Source: Nannocystis bainbridge
Lineage (GTDB): Bacteria; Myxococcota_A; Polyangia; Nannocystales; Nannocystaceae
DNA length: 64,000 bases
Reading direction: 5' to 3'
NCBI RefSeq assembly: GCF_028368995.1
Contig: NZ_JAQNDL010000003.1
Coordinates: 2,496,001-2,560,000, forward strand
Of this stretch, positions 62,684-64,000 are shown piece by piece (within the stretch, counting starts at the first letter, position 1; each line of letters opens with the position of its first letter). The notes below the pieces were generated by a model. That model did no database searches. It was not told where the DNA came from and worked only from the letters and a program-made list of their open reading frames with translations. A program made the position numbers and the translations under genes.

Positions 62684-62754
62684 TGGGCTAAAGCTCGTGA
62701 GAAGAGCGGTGCTCTGTGACAGCACAGGAGAGGGGGCGGAACCCTCTAGCCCAC
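62684..62754 (+). tRNA. tRNA-His(GTG) without an encoded G-1
   Basis: tgggcta/tagccca, C73; gtgct-ctGTGac-agcac; gaggg-ggcggaa-ccctc. Confidence 0.75.
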
Positions 62755-62776
62755 CCGCGCGCCAACCGGCGCGCAC

Positions 62777-62848
62777 GCCCGCGTAGCTCAACGGAAGAGC
62801 GGCGTTCTCACACATCGCAGGTCGGGGGCTCGACACCCTCCGCGGGCA
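62777..62848 (+). tRNA. tRNA-Val(CAC)
   Basis: gcccgcg/cgcgggc, A73; canonical D arm; ctCACac loop; ggggg-ctcgaca-ccctc. Confidence 0.8.
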
Positions 62849-62870
62849 ACGAACGTCTTCGTAACAACCT

Positions 62871-62941
62871 GGCCCTGTAGTTCAACGGCAGAACCCCGCG
62901 CTCTCTACGCGGAAACCGGAGATCGTCACTCCGCAGGGTCA
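62871..62941 (+). tRNA. tRNA-Glu(CTC), divergent
   Basis: ggccctg/cagggtc; ccgcg-ctCTCta-cgcgg; cggag-atcgtca-ctccg. Confidence 0.75.
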
Positions 62942-62947
62942 TTCGTA

Positions 62948-63020
62948 CGAGGTGAAGGCTTGATGGTAAGCCGCATGCTCGGGGAGCATGAGATTGTGCG
63001 TTCGACTCGCACCACCTCGA
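62948..63020 (+). tRNA. tRNA-Pro(GGG)
   Basis: cgaggtg/cacctcg with C1:G72 and A73; catgc-tcGGGga-gcatg; gtgcg-ttcgact-cgcac. Confidence 0.82.
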
Positions 63021-63042
63021 TTGTTTTTATTTCAACAATCAT

Positions 63043-63116
63043 CGGAGACGGATCGCGGAGTGCGAGGCGTGTTTCGGGAACACGTAGGCGGGGTGCGACG
63101 CCCCGGTCTCCGACCA
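63043..63116 (+). tRNA. tRNA-Pro(CGG) with encoded CCA
   Basis: cggagac/gtctccg followed by ACCA; cgtgt-ttCGGga-acacg; cgggg-tgcgacg-ccccg. Confidence 0.78.
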
Positions 63117-63162
63117 ACCCCTGCCCCGGGCCGCGGCCAAGCGCTGCGGCCCGGGCTCTCTC

Positions 63163-63233
63163 CCGCGTCCGTGGACGGTGCCACACCTCGTCTGATAAGC
63201 GAGCCCTTCGGAGTTCAACTCTCCGGGCGCGGA
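63163..63233 (+). tRNA. tRNA-Ile(GAT)
   Basis: ccgcgtc/ggcgcgg, A73; ctcgt-ctGATaa-gcgag; cggag-ttcaact-ctccg. Confidence 0.78.
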
Positions 63234-63277
63234 TTTCGATTCTCTTCCTCATCCACGATCCGCGTCGTGCCCCGGGC

Positions 63278-63904
63278 TCATGGCCCGGGGCGCGGCGCCA
63301 GGTAGCCGCCGACGAGGGCGATGAGCTCCTCGACGAGGCGGGGGTCGGACAGCCGCTCGGGCTGCTCGAGCACGCACGTGAGGATCACCCACTCGATCGC
63401 GCTGACGATCACGAACGCGGCCAGCTCCGGGTCGACCGGCCGCAGCTCGGCGCTGCGGGCGATCAACGCGTCGCGCAGGCGCTCGCGGCCCGCGTGCACG
63501 TGGGCCCGCAACGCCTCGACGCGACCGACCCGCGGCACGTGCAGCAGCACCGCGCGGAAGAACTCCAGATCGCCGCGGTAGAGGTCGATCGCGGCGCGCA
63601 GGCCGTCGCGCATCTGCTCGGCGAAGGAGCCGCCGTCGGGCGCCGGGACCTCGAACACGCGCTCGATGCCGCGGGTGAACTTGCGGTCGAGCGCCGCCGC
63701 GAGCATCGCCTCCTTGCTCGGGAAGTACTGGTAGAGCGAACCGACGCTGACCCCGGCGACCCGCGCGATCTCGTTGGTCGTCGTCGCCTCGAGGCCGCGC
63801 TCGCCGAGCACGCGGACGGCGGCGTCGAGCAGCGTATCGACCATCTGCTGGCTCCGCGCCTGGCGCGGCTGCTTGCGCGGGGTATGGCGAATCGGCGAAG
63901 TCAT
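63278..63904 (-). CDS. TetR/AcrR family transcriptional regulator
   Basis: PRKQPRQARS, TTNEIARVAGVSVGSLYQYFPSKE HTH. Confidence 0.93.
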   Translation of the reverse strand: MTSPIRHTPRKQPRQARSQQMVDTLLDAAVRVLGERGLEATTTNEIARVAGVSVGSLYQYFPSKEAMLAAALDRKFTRGIERVFEVPAPDGGSFAEQMRDGLRAAIDLYRGDLEFFRAVLLHVPRVGRVEALRAHVHAGRERLRDALIARSAELRPVDPELAAFVIVSAIEWVILTCVLEQPERLSDPRLVEELIALVGGYLAPRPGP

Positions 63905-64000
63905 CGGATCGCCCCTCGCACCGGGAGCACGGTCATTCGCCCTGCTCCGCGCTCTCGCGCGTCGGCGTCGGCGTCGGCTCGGCGGCGACGGCGGCGGGGG

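Larger units (their letters stand above)
60666..63233 (+). other. Array of about 26 divergent tRNA or tRNA-like genes
   Basis: Manually folded cloverleafs, all on the + strand, separated by short AT-rich spacers or GC hairpins. Confidence 0.93.

Noticed and set aside
62871-62941. Amber suppressor (CTA) reading of this tRNA
   Set aside because: The 5-bp stem ccgcg/cgcgg closes the loop ctctcta, which centres CTC (Glu); CTA is out of register.
60266-63305. ORFs listed over the tRNA array region
   Set aside because: They lack GC3 bias and protein motifs and overlap clear cloverleafs; treated as spurious.
63278-63904. TetR as regulator of the tRNA array
   Set aside because: It is convergent with the array's 3' end and I saw no operator linking them; adjacency alone is not enough.

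Overview
Very GC-rich bacterial chromosomal DNA whose gene content points to a myxobacterium, probably Nannocystaceae-like (inference from Cys-rich CGDG/CDDG repeat proteins, a MYXO-CTERM-type tail, Thr-rich lipoproteins and a sterol reductase homolog). There are about 40 credible CDSs: a PaoABC-like molybdoenzyme operon, PhoD, PhoX, M61 and M28 peptidases, a sigma54 activator next to a diiron-oxidase/acyltransferase pair, amrS/amrB, a HEPN module, a cytochrome c/beta-barrel pair, topA, an L,D-transpeptidase, a DHCR24-like sterol reductase and several secreted lipoproteins. Two non-coding signals stand out. (1) At 60666-63233 is a same-strand array of about 26 highly divergent tRNA or tRNA-like genes behind a candidate sigma54/IHF promoter. 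Their non-canonical D- and T-loop bases covary (G18:U55 to A18:G55, G19:C56 to A19:U56), and the Asn and Lys(TTT) genes have long variable arms. (2) A dispersed family of phased 14-bp tandem repeats (about RCATGTCC-N4-GG, equivalent to the palindrome TGTCC-N4-GGACA) occurs in more than 10 arrays, mostly just after stop codons but also inside CDSs. All calls were made by eye; no database searches were run, and start codons are best estimates.
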